Shown: positions 1-9,743 of the stretch, piece after piece | Layout of the letters: every line of letters starts with the position of its first letter | Position numbering within the stretch: the stretch's first letter is position 1 | NCBI GenBank assembly: GCA_046570105.1 | Contig: JBKHVI010000010.1 | Coordinates: forward strand, 1-64,000 | Length of the DNA stretch: 64,000 bases | Direction of reading: 5' to 3' | Origin: Bacteriovoracia bacterium | Lineage (GTDB): Bacteria > Bdellovibrionota > Bacteriovoracia > Bacteriovoracales > Bacteriovoracaceae | Translations under genes and position numbers: made by a program | Notes under the pieces: generated by a model | Seen by the model: the letters and a program-made list of their open reading frames with translations, nothing else | The model's database searches: none | Told to the model about the DNA's origin: nothing

Positions 1-10
1 GGCCAATAAC

Positions 11-985
11 GTGAGCGAGCTGCGCCGCCAGCTCAAAAGTTTTCAAACGCAAAGACTCTGGGGGCTTCATGCTCTTGATGCCGCTGGAGTTATGTTGGTG
101 ATGGATATCGCTGGTCCTCAACTGGATGTCGTTACTGCTAATATGCGAGATGCCAAAACGCTCGTCTTTAACAACTCTCCTCTGGTCAAAAATAAAGAAA
201 GACCTTCTATGGAGCCACCAGGCTTTGTTGAATACTGCCGTCTTCGTCGCGAATGGTGCTTGGAGCGTCTACAAAAAGCCTCTACTGAACCAGCGCTTAT
301 CAATCTGACTCGTGCGCAAAAATTGCATCGTGCTGCTTCGCCGGTTATTTCTCTATCCACCATTCATGCCTTAAGCTTTTCACCCGCTCATCAGGCGCTA
401 GACTTACTCTGTGGCGATGCTCCCATGTGGCAACAAGGCAAGATGATACGCTGGACAAATCTCTTTCAAACTAGCATGCGAAACCCAGAAAATTTAGAGT
501 TCTCTTTTCCCAAAGAAGAACGTCATGAATGGAGCGTGAGACATCATTTCGCTCTGGCACAGAAATTTATGGATCTCAAAGATATCACGGCGGCCTTCCA
601 CTATATGCAGATGTCACTGGCCCAAGCGGAGGGCGAGCTACGCTCCCAATGCCTATGGGTTTGGAGTTTCTGGCAATGGCAACAACTTAAAACCAAACGT
701 GAACGCTTAGTGGTCTACCAACAATCGACAGAAGTTTTGCGTCGTACCTCAGTCACGCATCGTCAGCATGTGCTGTTTTTACGATTGATGTTAGAAGTCG
801 ACCTCGCGCTTTCGCCAACCGTCACGCTGGCCGAACTCTCAGGAGTTATTCAACAATGGGCGGAGCAATACTTGCGTAGCAGTGCTCAGATTCGTGAGGA
901 ATGGGCACAAAAACTTGATATTCGCTTGGATATCAAAGACATCATCGCCCCACAATCCTGGACGAATACCACTGATTTGCGGTAA
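11..985 (+). CDS. Hypothetical protein (helical, possibly TPR-like C-terminal half)
   Basis: 324-aa ORF from a GTG at the window edge, followed 8 nt later by the next + gene; no recognised motif; start uncertain. Confidence 0.6.
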   Translation: MSELRRQLKSFQTQRLWGLHALDAAGVMLVMDIAGPQLDVVTANMRDAKTLVFNNSPLVKNKERPSMEPPGFVEYCRLRREWCLERLQKASTEPALINLTRAQKLHRAASPVISLSTIHALSFSPAHQALDLLCGDAPMWQQGKMIRWTNLFQTSMRNPENLEFSFPKEERHEWSVRHHFALAQKFMDLKDITAAFHYMQMSLAQAEGELRSQCLWVWSFWQWQQLKTKRERLVVYQQSTEVLRRTSVTHRQHVLFLRLMLEVDLALSPTVTLAELSGVIQQWAEQYLRSSAQIREEWAQKLDIRLDIKDIIAPQSWTNTTDLR

Positions 986-993
986 ATAGAGGC

Positions 994-1584
994 ATGGGCC
1001 TTTTATATCCATTTCCTGTTTCTACCTCAGAATCTGACTTCGTAAGTCTTACCCAGAACGAGCAAGGTGTGCGCGTTCAAGTCAAAACCTACGGTCTCCC
1101 CTATATTTTTTGGGGCTATGCTCTCGCCTCACTTTCAGTACTCTTCTTTCTCTGGCTCGCGGTGAGAGCACCACTCAACAAACTAAGAACTTTAGGTGAC
1201 AGCTTGGATCTCGTTTTAATTCATGGTCTCGAGACTATGTTGATTTTAACTCCGCTGACTGTGCTGGCCTTTTTCTTTTATGAGAAACGCTTAATCAAAA
1301 ATGGAGCTGTGTTGATTGTTCAGCATCGACTCTTTGGTCTGCCTTGCTATAAGCGCACAATAAACTTAGCGACCCCTGCTTTCCAAGTGCAACACCATAT
1401 GGACGCACCGAATGTGGCACGTCTTAAAGGCGGCGAAGCGGCCGTCGGTTTTCAGAATAAAGGTTATTTCGTTTTGTGGGCAAATCAGTCTGCAGAGAAA
1501 TCTATTGCGATCGATCGTCACTCTCGTAAAGCTGATCTGGAGGCCTTGAAAACGCTCTTAGAATCGGCCAGTCAGTCCAATTGA
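994..1584 (+). CDS. Hypothetical membrane protein (2 TM segments)
   Basis: SD-like AGAGG before the ATG; two hydrophobic stretches (YIFWGYALASLSVLFFLWLAV; MLILTPLTVLAFFFY). Confidence 0.75.
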   Translation: MGLLYPFPVSTSESDFVSLTQNEQGVRVQVKTYGLPYIFWGYALASLSVLFFLWLAVRAPLNKLRTLGDSLDLVLIHGLETMLILTPLTVLAFFFYEKRLIKNGAVLIVQHRLFGLPCYKRTINLATPAFQVQHHMDAPNVARLKGGEAAVGFQNKGYFVLWANQSAEKSIAIDRHSRKADLEALKTLLESASQSN

Positions 1585-2457
1585 GAGTCTAGGCCCCATA
1601 AACATCGGACTGAATTCTTGGAAGGGACTAGGACGTTTAATACCGAAAAGTTTCACCGCCTGAATGCCACCGGCCACTTCAAGTCCCCAGGTCTCATTAA
1701 AATAATAGTTCGCACTTAATTGTCCGATCGCTCCTAGCCCGTAGCCATTGAGAGTAAATAATGGGGCCGCTTCATACTGCGCCCATGGCACCAACAGGCC
1801 CATCGCCTCAGCACGAATTTTAAAATTACGCGTGTTCACCATCGCCCAACTCACACCCATACCAAGTTCGAAAATTCGGAAGGCCTCCTGTTGAGATTCT
1901 CCATAGAGATACTCAAACATAAAGCCCACATTAAGGCGTTCACTCGTTGTGCGAATCTCACCTTTTAATTGTCCGCCTTGGAAATTCCATTCTTTCTCTA
2001 AACGTCCAGCTGCTGTATCGGCCGATTCTGTGGCATTGAATTTCACAACAGCAAAAACCATTTGATCGCGGTAGCGTGGTTTAGTGGCTTCTTGAAAGCG
2101 TGTGAGAGTGACTTCTTCGATATCGATTTTTTTACGATCTTCATCAATCGAAATATCTTCCACCGAAATGTAGGCGACTTTTCCAGACACGATAACCGAA
2201 ACCACCTGTCCTTTTTCGCGTTCTTTATCTCCCACTCTCAACGTGCGCCCTCGACGGGCATACCCCAAAGGTGCACTTCTCTGAGCATCGGCCCATATAA
2301 CGGCACGCTCTTTTATGACAACGGCATCCCTCGCCGCCCACAAGCTCAGAGGAGAAAACATGAGTAAAATGCCCAAGAAATAGGGCAAGCCATCTAGCAG
2401 GGTCTTATGACAGGCCTTAAAAGACCCCTGTAAATTCTGAATCTTATGGAACATCAC
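1558..2457 (-). CDS. Exported protein: SH3-like N-terminal domain plus outer-membrane beta-barrel
   Basis: Signal-like segment ending SLWA; a short beta-rich domain (AVIWAD...PLGYARRG...VAYIS); alternating beta-strands; ends LSIGLTGRF with terminal Phe. Confidence 0.6.
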   Translation of the reverse strand: MMFHKIQNLQGSFKACHKTLLDGLPYFLGILLMFSPLSLWAARDAVVIKERAVIWADAQRSAPLGYARRGRTLRVGDKEREKGQVVSVIVSGKVAYISVEDISIDEDRKKIDIEEVTLTRFQEATKPRYRDQMVFAVVKFNATESADTAAGRLEKEWNFQGGQLKGEIRTTSERLNVGFMFEYLYGESQQEAFRIFELGMGVSWAMVNTRNFKIRAEAMGLLVPWAQYEAAPLFTLNGYGLGAIGQLSANYYFNETWGLEVAGGIQAVKLFGIKRPSPFQEFSPMFMGPRLSIGLTGRF

Positions 2458-2543
2458 CCGACTATCCTTGTCTGGTCTTACAATAAAATCAAAGCCTCTC
2501 TTATCAGTCTAACTGGTTTAGTAAAAAAGGAAAGTGTGACCCT

Positions 2544-2570
2544 TAAACTCTCGCCAGTTTACGCCGATAG
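2544..2570 (+). promoter_or_regulatory. Sigma-28 (FliA)-type promoter
   Basis: TAAA (2544-2547)-N15-GCCGATAG (2563-2570) versus consensus TAAA-N15-GCCGATAA; 32 nt upstream of the ATG at 2603. Confidence 0.7.
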
Positions 2571-2602
2571 GCAATTGAAGAAGTTGGTGAAAGGACGCCT
2601 AT

Positions 2603-4294
2603 ATGAAAAAAACATGGATGCTTAAATTTGGTGGACTCCTCTTAATATTCGCAATGATTAGCGGATGTCAGGAGAAAATTGCACCGGAACTCTCTACCCC
2701 TGCCTCGACCACGACTGGTGGTGGAACCACAACTACAACTTCCACCAATCGCTTTTATGTGACTCTAACTGATACACCAGCAGAAGGCGTACCCGCTGAA
2801 GATTTAGGTTATGTTCTGCATAAAGCAAATTTCGGTAGCGGCATCAGCTGTCAGGCCGATGATGTGGTCGATACTCCAGAGACACTCGATTCAACTCGCG
2901 ATATTAGCTGTTTCGTGGAAGCAGAAGAGTTTGCTCTTTACTATCATGGTTTAGAAATGCAAGCGCAGTCTGATGGCAGCACCTGCGAATATATTGCTAA
3001 GGCCCCATTTAGTTACTGGAACTATAACCCAGGTCTCTCACTTCGAATCAATGGTCAACCTCGTCAAGTGGTGCGCTTTAACTGCGATGATTCGGTTGTG
3101 GAGCATCTCTCTGGCAACGACATACCAGCATTATACGGTAACCCATCACCTACCTACACAACAGTGGCACAACTTTGTAATCGCTTCTTCAATCTTAACG
3201 ATAGCGGACTAACTCTGCCTTTGAGCTTTGGACAACTACACTTAGATGTGGCACCAGACTTAGCAGGGGCCGATATTGATGAAGAAAATCTTTGTACTTA
3301 TAACTACGGCGAAACCATGTGTGATGAGGGTCGAATCCAAATCCATGATGTAACCGTTACGGGAACTGATACTTCAGATCCACCAGATAATATTCCTGAT
3401 GTGATCTCGGTCACAGGCTCAACCCCTCGAACCAGAGAATGTGGTGGTAGCGTTTACAATTGTATCGGTGGCGCCATCAGAGATGTCATCCCTACTGCAA
3501 ACAAAGGTTTCACTTCGGTTGTTACAAGCCTTGAGGAAAATGAAGGCAAAGTAACAATGACTATCAATCAATCGATTGAAAAGCGCGGAACAAATCTGCA
3601 TGCCGCAAACTTTATGCGCCAGTGCTCGGGTGTCGCAAACTACAATGCCGCCAATAGCTTCACTCCACTGCCAGGAGTTGAGTTTGATCCCAATGTCTTG
3701 GCTTCTTATTCGAAACTTGGTGTATCAACCACCGGTACACAAGAGAAAGATACCAATAATCTAGATGTGATTCCATTAGCAGATCACCCCTTTAGAGCAG
3801 GCATTCCTGGAAACGTGGTGGCCACCTTCGCCCCAAACAGTCCTTTGAGAAAATTTAGTGCCGCCAATATGAGCAATCAACCTTTCTATACTTTCTCCTG
3901 TCTCGACCATGCCTATGATGTGAAAGCACGCATTAGAGTTGCTGTTAGAGAATGGAATAGAAACTTCTCGCCAACGACACAAAACTTTCAATTCGTCTCA
4001 GACGTTTATAACCGCGCGCTTCCTTACGCCACTCGTACAAAGATGGACGCAGGCTCTGCCGTGACATTGCTGGAATATCCCACCATTTATGATGATGATT
4101 CGAGTAACGATATCATTGACCTCGGCTTCAATAATTTTGAGGACTGGGATGATCGTTTAACCTTTAGCAACTCTGCGACCGGCACTTGTGGATCGGCGAT
4201 CAACGTCGACGGAAACTGGGTCTTAACTCTTGACCCAACTGCTGAGATTGCGCCGAAAAAGAATTATTGGTTCCCAGGCGAAAGTACAGAATAA
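2603..4294 (+). CDS. Large Cys-containing lipoprotein, function unknown
   Basis: Lipoprotein signal MKKTWMLKFGGLLLIFAMISG-C; Thr/Gly linker; scattered Cys; SD AAGGA. Confidence 0.8.
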   Translation: MKKTWMLKFGGLLLIFAMISGCQEKIAPELSTPASTTTGGGTTTTTSTNRFYVTLTDTPAEGVPAEDLGYVLHKANFGSGISCQADDVVDTPETLDSTRDISCFVEAEEFALYYHGLEMQAQSDGSTCEYIAKAPFSYWNYNPGLSLRINGQPRQVVRFNCDDSVVEHLSGNDIPALYGNPSPTYTTVAQLCNRFFNLNDSGLTLPLSFGQLHLDVAPDLAGADIDEENLCTYNYGETMCDEGRIQIHDVTVTGTDTSDPPDNIPDVISVTGSTPRTRECGGSVYNCIGGAIRDVIPTANKGFTSVVTSLEENEGKVTMTINQSIEKRGTNLHAANFMRQCSGVANYNAANSFTPLPGVEFDPNVLASYSKLGVSTTGTQEKDTNNLDVIPLADHPFRAGIPGNVVATFAPNSPLRKFSAANMSNQPFYTFSCLDHAYDVKARIRVAVREWNRNFSPTTQNFQFVSDVYNRALPYATRTKMDAGSAVTLLEYPTIYDDDSSNDIIDLGFNNFEDWDDRLTFSNSATGTCGSAINVDGNWVLTLDPTAEIAPKKNYWFPGESTE

Positions 4295-4322
4295 AAAAAG
4301 GCCCGCGAAAGCGGGCCTTTTT
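4295..4322. terminator. Bidirectional intrinsic terminator
   Basis: AAAAAGGCCCGC-GAAA-GCGGGCCTTTTT between convergent genes. Confidence 0.9.
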
Positions 4323-4325
4323 CGT

Positions 4326-5708
4326 TTAGGCTTGCATGTAATTTTTTTCTTTATAACGACTCGCCATGAAAGCGAAGATAAAGGCGAATACTCCCATCGC
4401 TCCTGCGAAGAACCAGAAGTAGCCTGAGCTGGCCACCGGATAGAGTTCGATCTTAGTAATAAACGACACCAACATATTTCCAAAGAACACCGTCAAAAGC
4501 CACATCGACATGATCGATGACTTCATCTTGCGAGGTGCTTGGGTATAAGCGAACTCAAGGCCTGTGATTGAGATCATCACTTCAGCGACCGTAATAACTA
4601 AATATGGGAAGAACTGCCACATCACATTGAGCTGATTGCCGCCATCAAGTTGCGTTTGAATCATGCCCGCCATCATAAAGGAGAACGCTGCCACGAACAT
4701 CCCCACTGTCATACGACGAAGTGGAGTCATTCTAAATCCTAGCTTCTCACACAGCGGATAAATGCCAAAAGTGAAGAGCGGGATAAGCCCCATCACCATA
4801 ATAGGATTCCAAGCTGAAATTTGAGAGGCTTCAAATTGAATCCCCATAAACATGAGATCCATTTTAGTCGCTTGAATCACCCAGCTTGAACCGTGCTGAT
4901 CAAAGAGCGCCCAGAAAACCGAGACGGCGGCAAAGACTTTGGTAATATCCCAAACTGCTTTCGCCCCTTCAGCGGCTTCCGCACCGTGCTTCGCTGTTGA
5001 GCGATCCCAAAAACTTTTGCCCGATGAAGCTGACGTAAGATTGGTCCACATCACATTTAAAAAACCGTGACCGTCAGCTTTCGCTGGTGGCACGTGAACG
5101 TATTGCTTGCGGCCCAACCAGAAGATGAAAGTGGCGATAAACATCAAGACACCTGGAATACCAAACGCGACAGAAGCGCCGTAATGCTTCAAAGTCCAAG
5201 GCGTAATCATCGTCGAGAAGAAAGAGCCGAAGTTGATCATGAAATAGAACAAGTTAAAAATCTTTGCGAGCAAGGCTTCTTGGCCTTTTTTGAACTGATC
5301 ACCGACGTGGGCCGAAACACAGGGCTTAATACCCCCTGCTCCTAGAGCGATTAAAAACAAACCAACATAAAGGCCGGTCATGTTTTCCCAAATCGAGAGC
5401 ACCGCATGGCCGGCGCAGTAAACGAGCGAGAGATAAAGAATAGTTTTGTATTTCCCTAAGATACGATCGGAAATGAAAGCACCCAAAAGAGGAAACAAAT
5501 AACTTAGGGCAGAGAACTGGTGATAGATCGAAGTGGCTTCTGCTTCATGCACCAACAATTGTTGAATCATGAAGATGACCAAAATCGATTTCATGCCATA
5601 GAAGCTATAGCGCTCACAGGCCTCATTTCCGACGATAAATTTAATTTGTGGGGGATACTTGGTACTATCAATTGATGGACTGGAACCAGCGACCGTAGCT
5701 GTGGACAT
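4326..5708 (-). CDS. POT/PTR family proton-dependent oligopeptide transporter (MFS)
   Basis: ExxERxxxY motif (EACERYSFYGM), GAFISDRILGK, GGIKPCVSAHVGDQF, FYFMINFGS, LEFAYTQAP; about 12 TM segments. Confidence 0.95.
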   Translation of the reverse strand: MSTATVAGSSPSIDSTKYPPQIKFIVGNEACERYSFYGMKSILVIFMIQQLLVHEAEATSIYHQFSALSYLFPLLGAFISDRILGKYKTILYLSLVYCAGHAVLSIWENMTGLYVGLFLIALGAGGIKPCVSAHVGDQFKKGQEALLAKIFNLFYFMINFGSFFSTMITPWTLKHYGASVAFGIPGVLMFIATFIFWLGRKQYVHVPPAKADGHGFLNVMWTNLTSASSGKSFWDRSTAKHGAEAAEGAKAVWDITKVFAAVSVFWALFDQHGSSWVIQATKMDLMFMGIQFEASQISAWNPIMVMGLIPLFTFGIYPLCEKLGFRMTPLRRMTVGMFVAAFSFMMAGMIQTQLDGGNQLNVMWQFFPYLVITVAEVMISITGLEFAYTQAPRKMKSSIMSMWLLTVFFGNMLVSFITKIELYPVASSGYFWFFAGAMGVFAFIFAFMASRYKEKNYMQA

Positions 5709-5716
5709 GCACTCTC

Positions 5717-6271
5717 CTATTCTTCATCCTCCCGGTCTGTGGAAGGATCTTTGATGGTAAAAGGCTTCGGACGTTTGTTACCACCTAAGTGCTTAGGGCG
5801 CTCAGAGGCTTCTTTGTCATTGGGCTTTTCCCAATGACGGTACCAAGCGTCTTGCTGTTTTGCTCCCTCTTTTTCCTGACTTTTTACCTGCTTTTCTTGC
5901 ACTTCTTCTTTCTTTCTAACGACGACTGATGGATTTTTTGACACCACCTTGGGCGCATCTTTAGAAAGTGAGATGGTTTTCTCATGGGCACTGATATCGA
6001 TGACGGCATCACCGGTGAGCTTCGTCTGACAAGACAGGCGCTCTTTGGTGATATGAAAGACGTTTCCAAGCAAACGCAGTTCTTCAAAAGTCGGCGGAGT
6101 GAGACTCGTTTCGCCACCTTTCACCACGATCACACAATCCGAGCAAGTGGCACAACCACCACAGCTCGACTTAATCGCCTTACCGGCCTTTTTAAGCTGA
6201 GTTAAGAGTGGTTCAGTGCTGTTGACTTCGAGCACTTCACCCGATGGCCATAGTGTAAGCTTGTGGGACAC
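5717..6271 (-). CDS. 2Fe-2S ferredoxin domain protein with charged C-terminal tail
   Basis: CGGCATCSDC...RLSCQ; GTG start with SD GGAG. Confidence 0.85.
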   Translation of the reverse strand: MSHKLTLWPSGEVLEVNSTEPLLTQLKKAGKAIKSSCGGCATCSDCVIVVKGGETSLTPPTFEELRLLGNVFHITKERLSCQTKLTGDAVIDISAHEKTISLSKDAPKVVSKNPSVVVRKKEEVQEKQVKSQEKEGAKQQDAWYRHWEKPNDKEASERPKHLGGNKRPKPFTIKDPSTDREDEE

Positions 6272-6279
6272 GAGAACTC

Positions 6280-6561
6280 CTAAACGACTTTTTTAATTTG
6301 GCGCTCGAGGGCTTCTAGCACTTTGCCTTTCAAAGGGCGAAGTAAAAAACCCAGATCAACAGTGACATGGGCCTCACCATCTACGAAATGAATCTGTGCC
6401 TCAAAACCACTGCCTTTAGCAACTAACTTTGAGATGGCATCGTCTTGTTTTACATCGGCCTTCACACCAAATTTGGCGAGGGCCTCAGGCACTAGTTTCT
6501 TGGCCGCTTCATAGGCCTGTTTCTTATCAGTCACATTGGCGTAAGGAACTTTTAAATCCAT
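6280..6561 (-). CDS. Small protein resembling the polyhydroxyalkanoic acid system (PHA_gran_rgn) family
   Basis: 93 aa; pattern KGSGFEAQIHF...VTVDLGFLLRPLKGKVLEALERQI; start overlaps the dut stop. Confidence 0.6.
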   Translation of the reverse strand: MDLKVPYANVTDKKQAYEAAKKLVPEALAKFGVKADVKQDDAISKLVAKGSGFEAQIHFVDGEAHVTVDLGFLLRPLKGKVLEALERQIKKVV

Positions 6562-7025
6562 TATTTCACCCCCGTTGAGCCGAAACCACCGCTTCCACGA
6601 GTAGTCTCAGTGAGATTTTCCGTCGCCACATACTTGGCCTGCCAAACCGGGGCAAAAACCAACTGAGCAATACGCAGACCATGTTCAATGACAAAGGGTT
6701 CAGTCCCAAAATTACCAATGATAATTTGCACTTCCCCACGATAATCAGCATCGATCGTGCCAGGAGCATTCACGACAAGAAGAGGCGTTTTTAGCGAGAG
6801 GCCAGAACGAGGACGAACTTGGATTTCATGACGGGCCGGGATTTCAAAAGAAAGCCCAGTCGGAATGAGTACTCGTGCCCCTGGTGCAACCACGACACTG
6901 TCTCTATTAGGGAGACAGGCCTTGATATCGGCACCGGCGGCATCACTCGTGGCATAAAAAGGCAGCTCAAGCTTTTCGTCAAAGTGAGGAAGCTTCCTCA
7001 CTTTGACTTCAAACGTCTGACTCAT
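6561..7025 (-). CDS. dut: dUTP diphosphatase
   Basis: Motifs AGADI, RPRSGL, GTIDADYRGE, RIAQLV, RGSGGFGSTG. Confidence 0.97.
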   Translation of the reverse strand: MSQTFEVKVRKLPHFDEKLELPFYATSDAAGADIKACLPNRDSVVVAPGARVLIPTGLSFEIPARHEIQVRPRSGLSLKTPLLVVNAPGTIDADYRGEVQIIIGNFGTEPFVIEHGLRIAQLVFAPVWQAKYVATENLTETTRGSGGFGSTGVK

Positions 7026-7028
7026 GAA

Positions 7029-9152
7029 TTAACCTTTCTTGGCCAGGGGAGCGATCGCCTTGATCGACAAACGAATCTTGCCGAAACGGTCGACTTCCAT
7101 GACTTTCACTTTTACTTGCTCGCCTTCTTTCAAATACTGAGTCACATCTTGAATGCGCTCATCAGCAATTTCAGAAACGTGCACAAGTCCAGAGATACCA
7201 GGAGCGATATCAATAAACGCTCCGTATTCTTTAACGGTAGCAACAGTACCTAGGTACTCAGTGCCAGGTTTTGGACCTGAAAGTTGCAGCTCAATAAGGC
7301 TGACAACTTCATCAAGAACTTTAACGTCAGTACCAAGAACTTTAACGGTTCCGTCTTCTTCCACTTCAATAGAAACTTTGAAGCCTTCTTGAATACCTTT
7401 GATGTTCTTGCCACCAGGACCGATCAAGGCGCCGATCTTGTCTGGAGCAATCTTCGTCATCTTAATTTGTGGCACACCTTCTTTGAAGGCCTTGCGTTCA
7501 GTTGAGATCGTTTTCGCCATTTCACTCAAGATATGCAAGCGGCCTTCTTTCGCCTGAGTCATCGCCTTTTGCATAATTTCAGGAGTGATACCGGTGATCT
7601 TGATGTCCATCTGAATGGCCGTGATACCTTTTGAAGTACCAGCTACTTTGAAGTCCATATCGCCCAAATGATCTTCATCACCCAAGATATCAGTCAAAAT
7701 TTTAAACTTTTCGCCTTCTTTGATAAGTCCCATCGCCACACCAGCGACAGGTCCCTTCAAAGGAACGCCCGCATCCATCAGTGCCATAGAGCCTGAACAG
7801 ACTGAACCCATTGAAGATGAACCGTTTGATTCCAAAACTTCACAGGCTACACGCACGGTATATGGGAAAGTAGCGAGATCAGGCATAACTTTTTTAACAG
7901 CGCGTTCAGCCAGATTTCCGTGACCGATTTCACGACGGCCTACACCGCGGTAACCGCGTGCTTCACCGACAGAGAATGGTGCCATGGTGTAATGAAGGTA
8001 GAATTTATCGTAAGAAAGACCAGTGATCCCGTCTTTCATTTGCTCGCCTTCTTTACCACCGATAGTCACAGTGGCCAGAACTTGCGTTTCACCGCGAGTG
8101 AAAAGAGATGAACCGTGCACGTTATTCAAAACGCTCGTTTCAGTTTCAATCGGACGAACCACAGTCAAACCACGGCCAGCAATACGCTGCTCTTTCTCGA
8201 TGATATCTGTGCGCATGAGCTTGTAGAGAATTTCATCAGAGGCCTTGGCGGCCCACTTACCAAACTCAGCACCGGCCTCAAGGCCGTACTTCGAAGGATC
8301 GGCCTTCAAGGCTTCTTTGATTTTCTTGGTGAAATTATGAGTAGCACGCATACGATCAGTTTTTACTAATACATTCAAAACACCACGAGCATCAGTCGTG
8401 AAGTCCTTATGAATTTGATTCATAAGTGTGGTGTTAGGAGCAGCTGATTCGAAAGCACGCTTCGGCTTGCCCACTTCTTTCGTCATCGTATCGAGAAGAG
8501 CACAGAACTTTTTGATTTGCTCATGACCGTAATTAAGAGCGCCCAACATATCCGCTTCAGAAACTTCGTTCGCCTCACCTTCCACCATCATGATGGCGTC
8601 TTTAGTAGCGGCAATCAAAACTTCTAGTTCACTTTCATGGAATTCTGCTGCGGTTGGATTCAAGACAAACTGACCGTTAATTTTACCAACTTTCGCAAAA
8701 CCCAATGGACCTGCGAATGGCACATCAGAGATCGCCAAACAAGCAGCAGCACCAAGGCCCGTCAAAATTTCTGGATCACCTTTTTCTGAGTAGCTCAACA
8801 CTTGAGCGGTGATGATGGTTTCGAACATGAAACCCTCAGGGAATAAAGGGCGCAATGGACGGTCAATCAAACGCATAGTGAGAATCTCACCGTTTGATGG
8901 GCGTGATTCACGCTTCATGAAGCCACCGAGGAACTTACCAGCGGCGTAGAATTTTTCTTTGTAATCCACCAAAAGTGGGAAGAAGTCTTGGCCGTCTTTG
9001 ACTTCCAAAGCACATACCAAGTTAACGAGAACTTGTGTGCCTTCGCAGCTGACGAGAACAGAGGCGTCAGCTTGCTTAGCAAGACGGCCTGTCTCGATGA
9101 CGATATCTTTACCGCCAAAATTAATCTTAAATTCTTTTTTATTGTTGATCAT
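7029..9152 (-). CDS. pnp: Polyribonucleotide nucleotidyltransferase (PNPase)
   Basis: DFFPLLVDY, RLIDRPLRPLFP, FTRGETQ, RREIGHG, ESNGSSSM, GDMDFKVAG; KH and S1 domains; lies after rpsO. Confidence 0.98.
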   Translation of the reverse strand: MINNKKEFKINFGGKDIVIETGRLAKQADASVLVSCEGTQVLVNLVCALEVKDGQDFFPLLVDYKEKFYAAGKFLGGFMKRESRPSNGEILTMRLIDRPLRPLFPEGFMFETIITAQVLSYSEKGDPEILTGLGAAACLAISDVPFAGPLGFAKVGKINGQFVLNPTAAEFHESELEVLIAATKDAIMMVEGEANEVSEADMLGALNYGHEQIKKFCALLDTMTKEVGKPKRAFESAAPNTTLMNQIHKDFTTDARGVLNVLVKTDRMRATHNFTKKIKEALKADPSKYGLEAGAEFGKWAAKASDEILYKLMRTDIIEKEQRIAGRGLTVVRPIETETSVLNNVHGSSLFTRGETQVLATVTIGGKEGEQMKDGITGLSYDKFYLHYTMAPFSVGEARGYRGVGRREIGHGNLAERAVKKVMPDLATFPYTVRVACEVLESNGSSSMGSVCSGSMALMDAGVPLKGPVAGVAMGLIKEGEKFKILTDILGDEDHLGDMDFKVAGTSKGITAIQMDIKITGITPEIMQKAMTQAKEGRLHILSEMAKTISTERKAFKEGVPQIKMTKIAPDKIGALIGPGGKNIKGIQEGFKVSIEVEEDGTVKVLGTDVKVLDEVVSLIELQLSGPKPGTEYLGTVATVKEYGAFIDIAPGISGLVHVSEIADERIQDVTQYLKEGEQVKVKVMEVDRFGKIRLSIKAIAPLAKKG

Positions 9153-9206
9153 TGATCACTCCAAAATATGTGAACCTTCGGTGAGAAGCTCACGTCATTA
9201 AATTTT

Positions 9207-9331
9207 GGGGAGGAAGAGAGGGAACTTTGAGTGGTAGAGTTTTTAGAGATATATCAAAATGTCACTCGCGTGCTCACTCTCATATATCCCTATTCTCTTG
9301 CCCACCGTGGCCCTTCTACCTACACCGCCCC
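9207..9331 (-). promoter_or_regulatory. Long imperfect hairpin in the pnp leader (probable RNase III processing stem)
   Basis: Minus-strand arms GGGG/CCCC, GTGGGCAAGAG/CTCTACCAC and TAGGGATATAT/ATATATCTCTA nest into a ~125-nt stem between the rpsO terminator and pnp. Confidence 0.6.
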
Positions 9332-9336
9332 TATAG

Positions 9337-9365
9337 AAAAAAACAAAGGGGCCAAAAGGCCCCTT
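9337..9365 (-). terminator. Intrinsic terminator after rpsO
   Basis: Minus strand AAGGGGCC-TTTT-GGCCCCTT followed by TGTTTTTTT. Confidence 0.85.
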
Positions 9366-9370
9366 CATCA

Positions 9371-9637
9371 TTACTTACGTAATCCGAGCTCAGTAATTAC
9401 TTTTTGGTACTCAGTCTCGCTACGCTTGCCGAGGTACTTCAAAAGTGTACGACGCTTACCAATCATCTTCATCAAACCACGCTTTCCAGAGTGATCTTTT
9501 GAGTGTGCAGTGAAGTGCGAAGAGAGCTCGTTGATACGCTCTGTTAGCACTGCGATTTGCACGGCAGTTGATCCGCTATCGTTACTGCTTTTACCAAACT
9601 TACTGATAAGTTCAGCGTTCTTTGCTGCTGTGGCCAT
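9371..9637 (-). CDS. rpsO: 30S ribosomal protein S15
   Basis: DSGSTAVQIAVLTERI...HSKDHSGKRGLMKMIGKRRTLLKYL...LGLRK. Confidence 0.98.
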   Translation of the reverse strand: MATAAKNAELISKFGKSSNDSGSTAVQIAVLTERINELSSHFTAHSKDHSGKRGLMKMIGKRRTLLKYLGKRSETEYQKVITELGLRK

Positions 9638-9743
9638 AATGTCTCCTTACTCCGAGTACTGATTCAGCGATCAGAACCAAGATGTAGGTCTTAGCGGGTC
9701 ATCCGCGTAAGCCTGTTCATGTTATTGAAACTACGGGATAGTT

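Noticed and set aside
9231..9494. Plus-strand 87-aa ORF and the many other short ORFs nested in or antisense to long genes
   Set aside because: Shadow ORFs of well-supported genes or structured leaders, with no motifs.
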